DNA of 64,000 nucleotides from an uncultured Planctomycetales bacterium (GTDB lineage Bacteria; Omnitrophota; Gorgyraeia; Zapsychrales; JANLHA01): NCBI GenBank assembly GCA_964374105.1, contig CAYJXI010000006.1, positions 2,177 to 66,176 of the forward strand, read 5' to 3'. Shown piece by piece: positions 51,549 to 61,860 of this stretch (position 1 is its first letter; each line of letters starts with the position of its first letter). The notes under the pieces were generated by a model. It saw only the letters and a program-made list of their open reading frames with translations, ran no database searches and was not told where the DNA came from. The position numbers and the translations under genes were made by a program.

Positions 51549-51575
51549 GACAGCTTTAAAAGGAGTTTAAAGGAA

Positions 51576-51932
51576 ATGTTCATCTCTTTTTGCAAATCCA
51601 AGATCTCTCATGGGATAATAACAAAGGCCGAACTTTATTATGAGGGAAGTATCACGATTGACGAAAACATCTTAAAGGCGGCCAATATTATTCCGGGAGA
51701 GCGAGTAGAGGTATTAAATCTCAATAATGGCTCTCGTCTTCAGACTTACACAATAGCCGGTAAGGTAAAATCAGGAGAGATTTGTTTGAATGGTCCAGCG
51801 GCCCGGTCAGGGGTAGTGGGCGATAAGGTGATCATATTAAGTTACGGCTTCATCGATGTCAATGAAGCCAAAAAATATAAAACAAAAGTCGTCTACTTGG
51901 ATGAGAAAAATAGGATAACGAAGAGGTCGTGA
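51576..51932 (+). CDS. panD: Aspartate 1-decarboxylase
   Basis: KSKISHGIITKAELYYEGSITID carries the Gly-Ser self-cleavage site. VGDKVIILSY at the C-terminus. Confidence 0.85.
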   Translation: MFISFCKSKISHGIITKAELYYEGSITIDENILKAANIIPGERVEVLNLNNGSRLQTYTIAGKVKSGEICLNGPAARSGVVGDKVIILSYGFIDVNEAKKYKTKVVYLDEKNRITKRS

Positions 51933-51941
51933 TGAGGTTTT

Positions 51942-51984
51942 ACACACACCCGGTGTTTGTATTAAACAAACACCGGGTGTGTGT
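51942..51984 (+). terminator. Strong hairpin after panD (ACACACACCCGGTGTTTGTattaaACAAACACCGGGTGTGTGT). No U-tract, so its function as an intrinsic terminator is uncertain
   Basis: 19-bp near-perfect stem seen directly. Confidence 0.4.
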
Positions 51985-52027
51985 TGGTGATAACCGCGAG
52001 AGCCGATAACTTGACAGCTAAGTCAAT

Positions 52028-52540
52028 ATGCCCATCCCTAATTTTAAAATCCGTCTTTACGGTGATCCGTGTTTACAGATGAAATCTACTCCTATCAAAG
52101 CGGTGGGTCCCAGCGAACGGGTGTTGATCGAAGCCTTGCTGGCCGCAATGTATGAGCACAAAGGCGTTGGCCTGGCCGCCCCGCAAGTGGGGATCAATCA
52201 ACAGATTTTTGTGGCGGATGTGGGCCAGGGGCCCATGGTTGTCGTTAATCCCAAGATTATCAAAAAATTTGGTTCAGGGTATTATGAAGAAGGGTGCTTG
52301 AGTATTCCGGGAATTATCGTTAATATCAAACGACCAGAGAAGATTATTGTCAAATACCTTGATGAGAACAATCAGCCTGTGGAAAGACAATATTCGGATT
52401 TAATGGCGAGGGTCTTTCAGCATGAAACTGATCATCTTTATGGAAAACTCATCCTGGATTATGCCAGTTGGTATGAAAAAATGAAATTAAAAAAACAACT
52501 TCAAGAAGTCGTATCCTTAAGTCAAAAAACAACTTCATGA
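52028..52540 (+). CDS. def: Peptide deformylase
   Basis: GVGLAAPQVG, EGCLSIPG and QHETDHLYG: the three PDF motifs. Confidence 0.85.
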   Translation: MPIPNFKIRLYGDPCLQMKSTPIKAVGPSERVLIEALLAAMYEHKGVGLAAPQVGINQQIFVADVGQGPMVVVNPKIIKKFGSGYYEEGCLSIPGIIVNIKRPEKIIVKYLDENNQPVERQYSDLMARVFQHETDHLYGKLILDYASWYEKMKLKKQLQEVVSLSQKTTS

Positions 52541-53460
52541 TTCAGATTGAAGAGAAAACTGGGATCCCTTCCGTTACAAGATTGCCCTCTTGGTTTCAAC
52601 AAGATCTTCCGGATATGCAAAAAATTAGAAAGATGCAAACCCTTTTCCGGACGAATCGCCTGCATACGGTTTGTGAAAGTGCCCGTTGCCCAAACATGGG
52701 AAAATGTTGGGGCCAAGGGGTAGCTACTTTTATGATTTTGGGGGAGGTGTGCACTCGGGCTTGTCGATTTTGTGCGGTTAAGGCCGGACGACCTCAACGA
52801 GTTGATCCCGAGGAACCACAAAATGTCGCCTTGGCCGTTAAGGCCTTAGGGTTACGTTACGTTGTGGTAACTTCTGTTGCCCGGGATGATCTTCAAGATG
52901 AGGGAGCTGAACAATTTGTCAAAACAATCCTTGCCATCCGAGCCCTTATGCCACAAATCAAAATTGAGATTTTGATTCCAGATTTTTCCAACAAATTGGC
53001 CAGTTTAGAGGCCGTGATGAGAGTTAAACCTCAGGTTATCAGCCACAACATTGAAACCGTGCGGCGCTTATCTCCTCTCGTTAGACCACAGGCCGATTAT
53101 GAACGATCCCTTAAGGTGTTAGGCACAATAAAACAATTGGATTCGTCAATTTTTATGAAATCAAGTGTCATGGTGGGTTTAGGAGAATCCCATTCAGATA
53201 TCTTAGAGGTGATGAACGATTTGCTTAAAGCAGGTTGTGATATCTTAACCATTGGACAATACCTTGCCCCCGGTGGGAATCTTCGACATTTAAAGGTAAA
53301 ATGTTTTATCCCACCGGAAGAATTTTCAGAATATAGACGTCTGGGTCTCGCTCTGGGTTTTAAATCTGTTATGAGCGGCCCCTTGGTGAGAAGTTCATTT
53401 TTGGCCGAAGAAGGGTACTGGGATTGTATAAAATCTGTACATCCATCGGTGAGGGTATGA
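52537..53460 (+). CDS. lipA: Lipoyl synthase
   Basis: CESARCPNMGKC plus CTRACRFC (radical-SAM CxxxCxxC). ATGA overlap with def. Confidence 0.9.
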   Translation: MIQIEEKTGIPSVTRLPSWFQQDLPDMQKIRKMQTLFRTNRLHTVCESARCPNMGKCWGQGVATFMILGEVCTRACRFCAVKAGRPQRVDPEEPQNVALAVKALGLRYVVVTSVARDDLQDEGAEQFVKTILAIRALMPQIKIEILIPDFSNKLASLEAVMRVKPQVISHNIETVRRLSPLVRPQADYERSLKVLGTIKQLDSSIFMKSSVMVGLGESHSDILEVMNDLLKAGCDILTIGQYLAPGGNLRHLKVKCFIPPEEFSEYRRLGLALGFKSVMSGPLVRSSFLAEEGYWDCIKSVHPSVRV

Positions 53461-54473
53461 GTTCACGTAAAAAATCTAAAGATTTTCTTTCCTTCCTTTT
53501 TCGGTTGGCCCTGAGTCTTACTCTTTTGATTTGGCTTTTCAGCAAGATTGACATCAAAAAAACAGTGGAGGTATTGAAATCCTCCGATATAAATTTCATC
53601 ATGTGGGGAGGAATCGTCTTTTTCTCAATTTATTTTATCCTCCTGACGCGGTGGGTTGTGTTTATTAAGGCATTGGGCCTGCATGTGTCATCTTGGAATG
53701 TCTTGCGTTATTTTTTTATTGGTCTTTTTGGAAACCTCTTTTTACCGAGTGCCATCGGTGGTGATTTGATTAAAATTTATGGTTTATGCAAGGATACGAG
53801 TGAGAAACCGAAGGTGGTGGCCTCGGTATTATTGGATCGTTTAAGCGGTTATGCCGGGCTGGTGATAGTGGCGAGCACAACTTTTATATTCGGGTATCGA
53901 GGGATTAGTGATTTATCGATATTGGGTTTGATTCTCATCTTAGCCGTGGGTTGGACAGGAGTGATGGCTGTTTTATTAAATGAGAGGTTATATTCCTTAT
54001 GCTGTTGTCTATTCAGCCGTTGGCCAAAGGTCAAGGATCGGATCATGGAAATGCATTATGATATTGCCATGTTGGATCATAAGGCTAAGGCCTTTTCCCA
54101 AACTATTGGGTTGTCGGTCATTACACAGATCACGTACGCCTTTGTTTTTTTTCTTTTGGCCAAAGCCATGCACCAGGATGTCCCTATGATCTATTTTTTT
54201 ATTTTTGTTCCTTTGATTTCTGTGGCGGCGGCCTTTCCCTCGATTGGGGGCTTAGGTGTAAGAGAGGCGGGGGTGGTCCATTTGTTTAAAAAGGTAGGTG
54301 TCGACCCGGGGATTTCACTCAGTATCTCGCTGATTAATTTTTTATTTATGGTTATGGTTGGCCTTTTGGGCGGGTTGATTTTTCTGACAACAAAATCTTC
54401 GTTGGTCGAGGGACAAACGGCTCCTCCCTTAGAGACAGTCGTATCTCCCAGAACTAACACGGATGTTTCATAG
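53457..54473 (+). CDS. Flippase-like / lysylphosphatidylglycerol-synthase-type transmembrane domain protein (UPF0104 family)
   Basis: 8 TM helices. ATGA overlap with the lipA stop. The six-frame ORF opens at 53424. Confidence 0.5.
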   Translation: MSSRKKSKDFLSFLFRLALSLTLLIWLFSKIDIKKTVEVLKSSDINFIMWGGIVFFSIYFILLTRWVVFIKALGLHVSSWNVLRYFFIGLFGNLFLPSAIGGDLIKIYGLCKDTSEKPKVVASVLLDRLSGYAGLVIVASTTFIFGYRGISDLSILGLILILAVGWTGVMAVLLNERLYSLCCCLFSRWPKVKDRIMEMHYDIAMLDHKAKAFSQTIGLSVITQITYAFVFFLLAKAMHQDVPMIYFFIFVPLISVAAAFPSIGGLGVREAGVVHLFKKVGVDPGISLSISLINFLFMVMVGLLGGLIFLTTKSSLVEGQTAPPLETVVSPRTNTDVS

Positions 54474-54497
54474 ATACTCTTTGATTTAATCTTTAAG

Positions 54498-55010
54498 ATG
54501 GCATTACATTTTGTTCTGGATGGGTATAATATTATTAAACAAATCTCCTTCTTGGCTGAGGGGAAATTAGAATCTCAACGTGAGAAGCTGATCCGATTTA
54601 TTGAAGTTAAGAGCCCCCAAGGAAGTTTAAGGAATAAAGTCACGATTATCTTTGACGGCCAATCCGTGGGGGGAGGCTATCAGAGGTCTTCGAGGATTCA
54701 TATTGTTTTTTCCTCTCAAGAGGGTGCCGATGAAAAGATCAAACGGCTTGTTACACAAGAGAAAAACAAAAAATGCATTGTTGTCGTTACGGATGATCGG
54801 GATATCCAATATTATGTTCGCTCGCAGGGGGCTCAGGTTTTAGGAGTTCATCATTTTTTAAACAAGGGTTCTGATCGGCAAAAAAGATTGTTGGGAGATC
54901 CTAAAGCTTCATTAAGTGGGGAGGTGAAAAATCTCTCCAAGAACTTGGAGTATGAGATCACCTCTGAATTAGAGAGAATCTGGCTTGAGAAAAAGGCGAG
55001 GCATAAATAA
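54498..55010 (+). CDS. NYN-domain (YacP-like) predicted RNase
   Basis: FVLDGYNII...VTIIFDGQ...IVVVTDDRDIQ matches the NYN_YacP pattern. Confidence 0.6.
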   Translation: MALHFVLDGYNIIKQISFLAEGKLESQREKLIRFIEVKSPQGSLRNKVTIIFDGQSVGGGYQRSSRIHIVFSSQEGADEKIKRLVTQEKNKKCIVVVTDDRDIQYYVRSQGAQVLGVHHFLNKGSDRQKRLLGDPKASLSGEVKNLSKNLEYEITSELERIWLEKKARHK

Positions 55011-55013
55011 AGA

Positions 55014-55784
55014 ATGAGAAATTTCATTCAGTATCTTAGCAATTTTATTGTAGAGACAGGCAATTCCACCTTTTTTTTGGGAGATGTCCTTTTTTGTATT
55101 TTTAGAGGAAAGATTCGCTGGGGTGAGGTCTTAAAACAGGTCTTTGAGCAAGGGATTCAATCGGTTGTTATTATCTCTTTGGCTTCGATGGCCTCGGGTG
55201 CGGTCCTGGCCTTGCAAGGCTATGTGATGCTCAATCGTTTCGGGGCCAAAGAGCATGTCGCCCAATTGGTGGCCTTGTCGCTGGTGCGGGAACTGAGCCC
55301 TGTCTTCAGTTCTTTTATTTTTTCTGGCAAGGCGGGTGCAAGGATGGCAGCGGAATTGGGCACAATGAATGTCAACGACCAGATTGTGGCGACACGTACT
55401 TTAGGTGTTGATCCTTTAGAATTTTTAGTTGTGCCCAGGATGGTTGCCTGCTTCTTTGTTCTTCCAGGCTTAGTGATCATTTCTGAGGTCATTGGGATCT
55501 TGGGAGGATATATGATCGGTGTGTGGGATGCGCATATCCCGGGTGTGTCTTATATCCAGCAGACCTTGCGATCTATCACTTATACGGATTTTTTTAGCGG
55601 GTTCAGTAAGACATTCTTTTTTGCCCTTTTGATTGGCTGGATTTGTTGTTATCAGGGATTTCATACCAAAGGCGGCTCTCTGGGAGTAGGGCAATTTACA
55701 ACAAAGGCCGTGGCCTTGTCTTACATTTCGATTGTTATCTTGAATACCATTTTAACAAAAATCATTTTAACCGTTTGGGGTTAA
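55014..55784 (+). CDS. mlaE: MlaE-family lipid ABC transporter permease
   Basis: 256 aa, 5-6 TM. QSVVIISLASMASGAVLALQGY and VRELSPVFSS are conserved MlaE/Ttg2B blocks. Confidence 0.75.
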   Translation: MRNFIQYLSNFIVETGNSTFFLGDVLFCIFRGKIRWGEVLKQVFEQGIQSVVIISLASMASGAVLALQGYVMLNRFGAKEHVAQLVALSLVRELSPVFSSFIFSGKAGARMAAELGTMNVNDQIVATRTLGVDPLEFLVVPRMVACFFVLPGLVIISEVIGILGGYMIGVWDAHIPGVSYIQQTLRSITYTDFFSGFSKTFFFALLIGWICCYQGFHTKGGSLGVGQFTTKAVALSYISIVILNTILTKIILTVWG

Positions 55785-55908
55785 AAACGTTTTTTATAGG
55801 GCTTCACAAAAATCGTCCTTCGACAAGCTTAAGGACGACCCTTAAGTTTATCGAAGGATCGTTTCGCCAGCCCCGAATGAATTTTGTGAAGGGCAGTTTT
55901 TTTAAGGA

Positions 55909-56262
55909 ATGGAGGTGATATTTTTGTTAAGAATGTTAATAAATTTAAGCATTCGTTGCTTTTTGTTTTTCTTTTTAGTAGGATGTACTCCGTTAACAGG
56001 CAATGTGGGCAATCTACCGATTTATTCTATCCCAACAGTTGAGACCGATTGGATCAGAAAAGGTGAACCGATCGAATTCGAGGAAGAATTGTGGTATCCT
56101 CAGGATAGTGTTGAAATCTTAACGGATTCTGAGGTCTATCTTTTGGGGGAATTTAAGGGAGTGCAATTTTTCGTTGAGCGAGTCGATGTCCGTCCTTATG
56201 ACCGTGTGTATACCAAATTTGGTAGAAATAAATATAGAATTTTTGAAAAGAAATTCTACTGA
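55909..56262 (+). CDS. Small hypothetical lipoprotein within the mla cluster
   Basis: Lipobox FFLVGC. 117 aa. Confidence 0.35.
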   Translation: MEVIFLLRMLINLSIRCFLFFFLVGCTPLTGNVGNLPIYSIPTVETDWIRKGEPIEFEEELWYPQDSVEILTDSEVYLLGEFKGVQFFVERVDVRPYDRVYTKFGRNKYRIFEKKFY

Positions 56263-56978
56263 TGATAAAAGTGAGTCATCTTTATAAACAATTTGAGGGA
56301 CAGAAAGTCCTTGAAGATATTAATTTAGAGGTCGAGGGGGGAGAATTGTTGGTCATCCTGGGAGAGAGCGGTTCGGGCAAGAGTGTCTTCTTACAACATC
56401 TCATCGGATTGATGAAACCGGATCAAGGAACAATTGTGATCGATGGGCAAGATATCACCAAGCTTTCGGAAAGAGAACTTCTTAGGGTTAGAAAAAATAT
56501 GGGATATCTTTTTCAAGAGGGAGCCTTGTATGATTTTATGACCGTTTATGAAAATATCGCGTTTCCTTTAAACGAACATACAAGACTTAAACCTAAAGAG
56601 ATCGACAAAAAGGTCAAGGATATGATCAAAACCGTAGGCCTGCAAGGAGCCGAATCGAAATTCCCTTCGTCCTTAAGTGGCGGGATGAAGAAAAGAGCGG
56701 CCTTGGCCAGAAGTGTAATTTTAGGTTCTAAGATTCTTTTTTGTGATGAACCCACATCGGGATTAGATCCCATCAAAAGCCGAAATATTTCTAATTTGAT
56801 CCAGAGTATGTCACGGCAGCTCAATAGCACAACCGTTGTCACCTCACATGATATTGAAAATTCTTTTCGCATTGCGGATCGTTTGGTGCTTATTCATGAA
56901 GGGAAAATTATGGCCGAAGGCAGTCCTCAAGAATTAAGGAAATTGACTGATCCATATATTAAAGATTTTTTTAGTTAA
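56262..56978 (+). CDS. mlaF: MlaF-type ABC transporter ATP-binding protein
   Basis: Walker A GESGSGKS. ABC signature LSGGMKKRAALAR. Walker B ILFCDEPTSGLD. Confidence 0.8.
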   Translation: MIKVSHLYKQFEGQKVLEDINLEVEGGELLVILGESGSGKSVFLQHLIGLMKPDQGTIVIDGQDITKLSERELLRVRKNMGYLFQEGALYDFMTVYENIAFPLNEHTRLKPKEIDKKVKDMIKTVGLQGAESKFPSSLSGGMKKRAALARSVILGSKILFCDEPTSGLDPIKSRNISNLIQSMSRQLNSTTVVTSHDIENSFRIADRLVLIHEGKIMAEGSPQELRKLTDPYIKDFFS

Positions 56979-57040
56979 TGATAAGGCCCTAAAATGAACC
57001 GAAGGGATTTCTAAGAGATTCATTACCTAGGGGTAAGAAG

Positions 57041-57634
57041 ATGCAAAGACACGACTTTCTTAAAAAATTTTTTGCAGGGCTGTTTCTCATTGCCAGTATC
57101 AGCGCTTTTGTTTGGGTTATTTTTTTGCTGGGAATCGAGAAGGGATTAACCGAACCAAAATTCCCAATGACGGTGCTATTTATAAAAGTAGGAGGATTGG
57201 CGGAGGGAGCACCCGTTAGGCTCTCCGGGGTAACGGTCGGGACAGTAGCTACGATTGATTTTCTGGATCAGGAAGTGGATGGCCGAGGTGTGAAGGTGAG
57301 TTTAAATCTTTATAAAAAGTACCAGGATCAACTTTATAAAAGCTCAAATTTCGCTATCATTACCGAAGGGGTTTTGGGGGAGAAGATGGTTGAGATTACC
57401 ACTGATCCAAACTTCCGTCGGTTGGATTTGAGTCAACCGGTGATAGGGGTTGACCCTTTGGATGTTCAGAATTTGGCCGAGACCTTTGGGGAAGCCGCGG
57501 TAGCCTTGCTGGAGGCCTCTAAGACCATTGATACGATTACCCGTGAACTTAAAGTTATTTCCGGCTCAACACGGCGGTTATTGAATCGCATTGAACAAAG
57601 AATCATTGATGGAACATTGTTTAAGGTATTTTAA
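57041..57634 (+). CDS. mlaD: MlaD / MCE-domain protein
   Basis: N-terminal TM anchor followed by an MCE domain (LSGVTVGTVATIDF). Confidence 0.7.
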   Translation: MQRHDFLKKFFAGLFLIASISAFVWVIFLLGIEKGLTEPKFPMTVLFIKVGGLAEGAPVRLSGVTVGTVATIDFLDQEVDGRGVKVSLNLYKKYQDQLYKSSNFAIITEGVLGEKMVEITTDPNFRRLDLSQPVIGVDPLDVQNLAETFGEAAVALLEASKTIDTITRELKVISGSTRRLLNRIEQRIIDGTLFKVF

Positions 57635-57646
57635 AAAGGGTTTGTT

Positions 57647-58702
57647 ATGGCTGTCATAGATTTGATTCAATTCACCAGTGCTCCCTGGATTTTGATTCCC
57701 TTAACTTACTTTTTATGGGTCAGTGCTTTTCTCTTTTTAAAAAGACTGGGGTTTAACGCCATTCGGAGAATGGCAGAAAAAACAAAATCACCCTGGGATG
57801 ATATTTTTATAAAATCGGCAGATTTCCCGTTGACTCTGCTGATTTTTACAAGTGGCGGGGTTCTGATTGAACCCATGATTCCCAAACTTCCAGAGGGGGG
57901 GTTATCCAAACACCTCTTTGTTGGTTTTAAGGCCATTACCATTGTGGCTATTGTTTTATTTGCGGATCTATTTTTGAATAATCTCATCAAGGAGTATACG
58001 GATAAAATTGAAATCTTAAGGACATCCGGGGGAGTCGCGCGAGGTTTTGTTCGTATTATTGTCATTGGTCTTGGGATCTTGATTCTTCTGGATAGCTTCG
58101 GGGTTTCCATTACCCCTATTATTGCTTCTTTAGGAATTGGATCATTGGCGGTAGCCTTGGCTTTACAGCCGACTTTGGAAAATTTTTTCTCAGGGATACA
58201 GATTGTGATTGATAAACCCTTTCAGGTAGGGCACTTCATTAAACTTGAATCAGGGGAGGAGGGATTTGTCTACAAGATTGGTTGGAGGTCATCGTGGATT
58301 CGTATGTTACCCAATACCATGGTGGTTATCCCAAATAAGACTTTAGTCGATTCCAGAGTCATCAATTATGATTATCCCTCTAAGGATTTGGCGGTTTTGG
58401 TAGATGTGGGAGTGCATTATAATTCCGATCTCGATTATGTGGAAAGAGTCACCCTTGATGTTGCTCGGCAGACAATGAAAGAGATCAGGGGCGGGGTAAA
58501 AGATTTTGATCCCTCTATCCGTTATCATACCTTTTCGGATTCCGGCATTAATTTTACAGTTATCTTAAAAGCACAAGAATTTATTGGTTCGCATTTATTG
58601 AAACACGAGTTTATCAAAAGGCTCCAAAAGCGTTTTCGAAAAGAAGGTATTGTGATCCCTTATCCTATACGAGCGATAAATTATAGTCAGGAGAAAGCTT
58701 AG
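57647..58702 (+). CDS. MscS-family mechanosensitive channel
   Basis: Conserved MscS pore/beta-domain block: IASLGIGSLAVALALQPTLENFFSGIQIVIDKPFQVGHFI. Confidence 0.75.
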   Translation: MAVIDLIQFTSAPWILIPLTYFLWVSAFLFLKRLGFNAIRRMAEKTKSPWDDIFIKSADFPLTLLIFTSGGVLIEPMIPKLPEGGLSKHLFVGFKAITIVAIVLFADLFLNNLIKEYTDKIEILRTSGGVARGFVRIIVIGLGILILLDSFGVSITPIIASLGIGSLAVALALQPTLENFFSGIQIVIDKPFQVGHFIKLESGEEGFVYKIGWRSSWIRMLPNTMVVIPNKTLVDSRVINYDYPSKDLAVLVDVGVHYNSDLDYVERVTLDVARQTMKEIRGGVKDFDPSIRYHTFSDSGINFTVILKAQEFIGSHLLKHEFIKRLQKRFRKEGIVIPYPIRAINYSQEKA

Positions 58703-58755
58703 GGAATAGAAGAAGTTTAGGATCTCATAAAATTAATTCATAAAGAGTTAAAGGA

Positions 58756-59052
58756 ATGTTCATTTTAGGGAATCTCCTAATCGCCTTAGCCAAAATCACC
58801 GATGTCGTATTAATGGCTTTGGGCTGGTGTATTTTGCTTCGGGCCTTGATCAGTTGGGTCAATCCCGATCCTTTCAATCCCATTGTTCAATTTTTGAATC
58901 GAGTTACAGAACCAATCCTGTATAGAATTCGAAGGATTGTACCTTCCATCTCTGGGATTGATATTTCTCCGGTGATTGCATTTTTGTTGATAATAAGTTT
59001 GCAGTTATTTTTGGTAAAAACATTTTATGATATAGGATATAGATTACAATAA
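58756..59052 (+). CDS. YggT-family membrane protein
   Basis: LRALISWVNPDPFNPIVQFLNRVTEPIL. Confidence 0.65.
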   Translation: MFILGNLLIALAKITDVVLMALGWCILLRALISWVNPDPFNPIVQFLNRVTEPILYRIRRIVPSISGIDISPVIAFLLIISLQLFLVKTFYDIGYRLQ

Positions 59053-59127
59053 ACAGCCATTTGTCTGGATGAGCATACAGCGGTACATCCCCTCGGTTAA
59101 AAATAAAGTTAAAGGAGAAATTTTTAA

Positions 59128-59409
59128 ATGTTGGATAAAATTAAACAACTCATGGAAATGAAGAAACAGGCTGATCAAATTAAAAAAGAGTTGGAAAAAA
59201 TTGAGGTCGAGGTCAATGAGGTTAAAGGGATTAAGATTATTGTGACCGCAGCCCAAAATTTTCGTTTTATTGAAATTGATCCTATGTTCTTGAAGGAGGC
59301 AAATAAAGAGAATCTAGAATCGGATTTATTAAAAAGTCTCAATTTAGCGATTCAGAAGTCACAAACTGTCGCAGCCCAGAAGATGGCTTCCGTGATGCCG
59401 GGGTTGTAA
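59128..59409 (+). CDS. YbaB/EbfC nucleoid-associated protein
   Basis: 93 aa. MLDKIKQLMEMKKQADQIKKELEKIEVEV...VKIIVTAAQNFRFIEIDP matches the YbaB pattern. Confidence 0.8.
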   Translation: MLDKIKQLMEMKKQADQIKKELEKIEVEVNEVKGIKIIVTAAQNFRFIEIDPMFLKEANKENLESDLLKSLNLAIQKSQTVAAQKMASVMPGL

Positions 59410-59554
59410 ATCAGGGAGATGAACTTTATAATAAAATTAGAAACTTATTGAAATGTATGGAAATGTCTAGAAATGATAGAGAAAAGTTTTCTCGACCCAT
59501 TTCCATCCATTTCGACCCATTTCGACAAATTTCTAAAAATCAAGGAGGAGGCAT

Positions 59555-59788
59555 ATGCCGTACGATCAATCACTCGATGTGGCTACCTTTAAAGAGGTCA
59601 AAGATTTCGGGGAGACAAGAATTACTGTGGGAGTTTATTCTTATAATGAGGGAGAAAAGAAATTGCAGCTCGCTCGGGAGAATAGGGCCCAAACCGATGA
59701 ATGGCGCTTTGCTAAATTAGGCCGGATGACTAAACAAGAAGTTAAGGAAATTATTCCGGTGATGATGAAGGCCATGGAAAATATGTAG
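59555..59788 (+). CDS. Hypothetical small protein
   Basis: 77-aa ORF with a GGAGG RBS. Confidence 0.3.
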   Translation: MPYDQSLDVATFKEVKDFGETRITVGVYSYNEGEKKLQLARENRAQTDEWRFAKLGRMTKQEVKEIIPVMMKAMENM

Positions 59789-59865
59789 GGACAGGGTGTT
59801 TTAAAAAACTTAAAAGATTAAATTTAAAAACTAACTCCAAATTTTTAGATTAATTCACAAAAGAA

Positions 59866-61857
59866 TTGGAAAATTTAATATCTTTTTTCAGAAAGAGGCG
59901 CGATCCCATCGTCATCGGATTCCTTCTCTCTTTAGGGTGTTTGGTTTATAGCCAAAGCCTTGTGGCAGATTTTCAATTTGATGATTATTACGCCATCGTT
60001 GAAAATCCTTTCATTAAACATTCCAATCTTGATCTGCTTTGGAAATTCAATCCCACCAATTTTTTCACGAATGTGTCTTTTGCCATCAACTATCAGTTTT
60101 CTCAATTGAACGTTACAAGTTGGCATATGGTGAATGTGATTTTACATTTGTTGAATTCGATTTGGGTTTACCATTTTCTGCTACTGATCTTCAAAACCCC
60201 TCCCTTATCCGATGCGGTCAGTGATTCACAGCGAAGTCTTTTAGCCATCGGGTCTTCCTTATTATTTTTACTGCATCCTTTGCAGGCTGACACCGTGATT
60301 TACCTTGCACAAAGAGGAACTCTTCTTGTTTCATTTTTTTGTTTGCTGACCATTCTTTTTTATTTGAAAGCAAGATTAGAAAATAATAGTTTCTATTTCT
60401 TATTGTCCCTTTTCTGTCTCTGTGTCTGCATGTTTACGCATCCTTCTGCTTTGAGCATAACATTTATTCTGTTTTTTTTGGAATTTTGCTTTTTAAGATC
60501 AGGAAAAAAGATTGAATTGAAAACCATCCTCATCGGGTTTATCTTTTTGTTGCCGCTTATGGTTATTCCTTTACTTTTATTAAGTGAGCAGACCCTAAGC
60601 GGAGGGACGGAAGGTCCTCATTTTTTTCAACAATTTCTTTCGCAAATCTTTGTTATCCCGAATTCTCTGATAAAACTCCTTTTCCCTTTTGTTATCAATT
60701 TTCCATTTTCCGAAAAGTTGCTTAAGAATTTTTTTAACTTCATGGCTTTAGTGATTATTTCTATTTTTTATGTGTATGCCTTATTTCGTTTTTCGAAAAT
60801 AAAGCTGGTTCTTTTTTGTCTTTTTTGGTACTTGTTCTGTTTGATGGGATATATGGTTGTTGCCAGACAATCATTCATTCTTTCGGATCATTGGGTTTAT
60901 TTAGCCGGGTTTGGTTTTTTTACTGTCTTTAGTTATCTTATCCTCAAGGTTGTCAAAAAGACACTTCTCTATGGACTTCTGATGGGTTTGATACTGACCT
61001 TTTTATTCTCATTAACATATGCACGGGCCTTGATTTGGGCAGATTCTTTAGTTTTCCTTCAGGAAATGGCCGAAAGATATCCAAAGTATTCTATTGTCCA
61101 TAATCAATTGGGATTATATTACCTGAAAAAAGGCATGCTGGATGCGGCAGAAAAAGAATTTAATACGGCCTTTGAATTAAATCCAGCGGAAACTTTGGCC
61201 AAGAATAATATTGTCGAGGTTTATTTAAAACAAAATAAATTGACGGAAGCCCAGGAAATTTTAGAAGAGCTTATTAAGCGATATCCAGATTATGAGGATC
61301 CGTATATCAATCTTGCCAATTTATACTTTTCCTTAAAACAAGAAGATAAGGCCCTGGAAAATTTCCAAATTGCCAAAGAACTTAATCCTTTCAAGAGTGC
61401 CGTGCATATTGGTTTAGGAAATGTTTATTATCAAAGAGCAGACTTTGCAAAGGCTAAAGAGGAATTCACTTTGGCCTTATGGTTGAACCCCGATAGTTTT
61501 GTGGCTCATTACAACTTGGGGAATATCAAATTTCAAGAAGGAAATTTTTATGAGGCCTTTAGGCATTATCAAAAAGCCATTCAGATACAGCCTAGATCTT
61601 CGGAACCTCTTAATAATATGGGACACATTTATTTTTATTTTCATGATCACCAGAAGGCAGCACAACTTTACCGAAAGGCCATTTTACATTCTCCCCATTC
61701 ACCGGAAGGGTATTATAATCTGGCTAATGCCCTGCATGAACTAGGTGAGATGGAACAATCGAAACGCACGATTGAGACAGCCTTAAAACTTTATGAAAAG
61801 CAAGGGAGGGAAGAAATCGCAAAAAGAATCCGACAAAAGATGGAACTATTGAAATGA
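59866..61857 (+). CDS. TMTC-like membrane protein: N-terminal polytopic GT-C-like domain with DUF1736, then C-terminal TPR repeats
   Basis: FQFDDYYAIVENPFIK (DD motif) and about 11 TM helices, followed by 7-8 TPR units (AxxxYxxAL/NLGN). Confidence 0.6.
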   Translation: MENLISFFRKRRDPIVIGFLLSLGCLVYSQSLVADFQFDDYYAIVENPFIKHSNLDLLWKFNPTNFFTNVSFAINYQFSQLNVTSWHMVNVILHLLNSIWVYHFLLLIFKTPPLSDAVSDSQRSLLAIGSSLLFLLHPLQADTVIYLAQRGTLLVSFFCLLTILFYLKARLENNSFYFLLSLFCLCVCMFTHPSALSITFILFFLEFCFLRSGKKIELKTILIGFIFLLPLMVIPLLLLSEQTLSGGTEGPHFFQQFLSQIFVIPNSLIKLLFPFVINFPFSEKLLKNFFNFMALVIISIFYVYALFRFSKIKLVLFCLFWYLFCLMGYMVVARQSFILSDHWVYLAGFGFFTVFSYLILKVVKKTLLYGLLMGLILTFLFSLTYARALIWADSLVFLQEMAERYPKYSIVHNQLGLYYLKKGMLDAAEKEFNTAFELNPAETLAKNNIVEVYLKQNKLTEAQEILEELIKRYPDYEDPYINLANLYFSLKQEDKALENFQIAKELNPFKSAVHIGLGNVYYQRADFAKAKEEFTLALWLNPDSFVAHYNLGNIKFQEGNFYEAFRHYQKAIQIQPRSSEPLNNMGHIYFYFHDHQKAAQLYRKAILHSPHSPEGYYNLANALHELGEMEQSKRTIETALKLYEKQGREEIAKRIRQKMELLK

Positions 61858-61860
61858 AAC

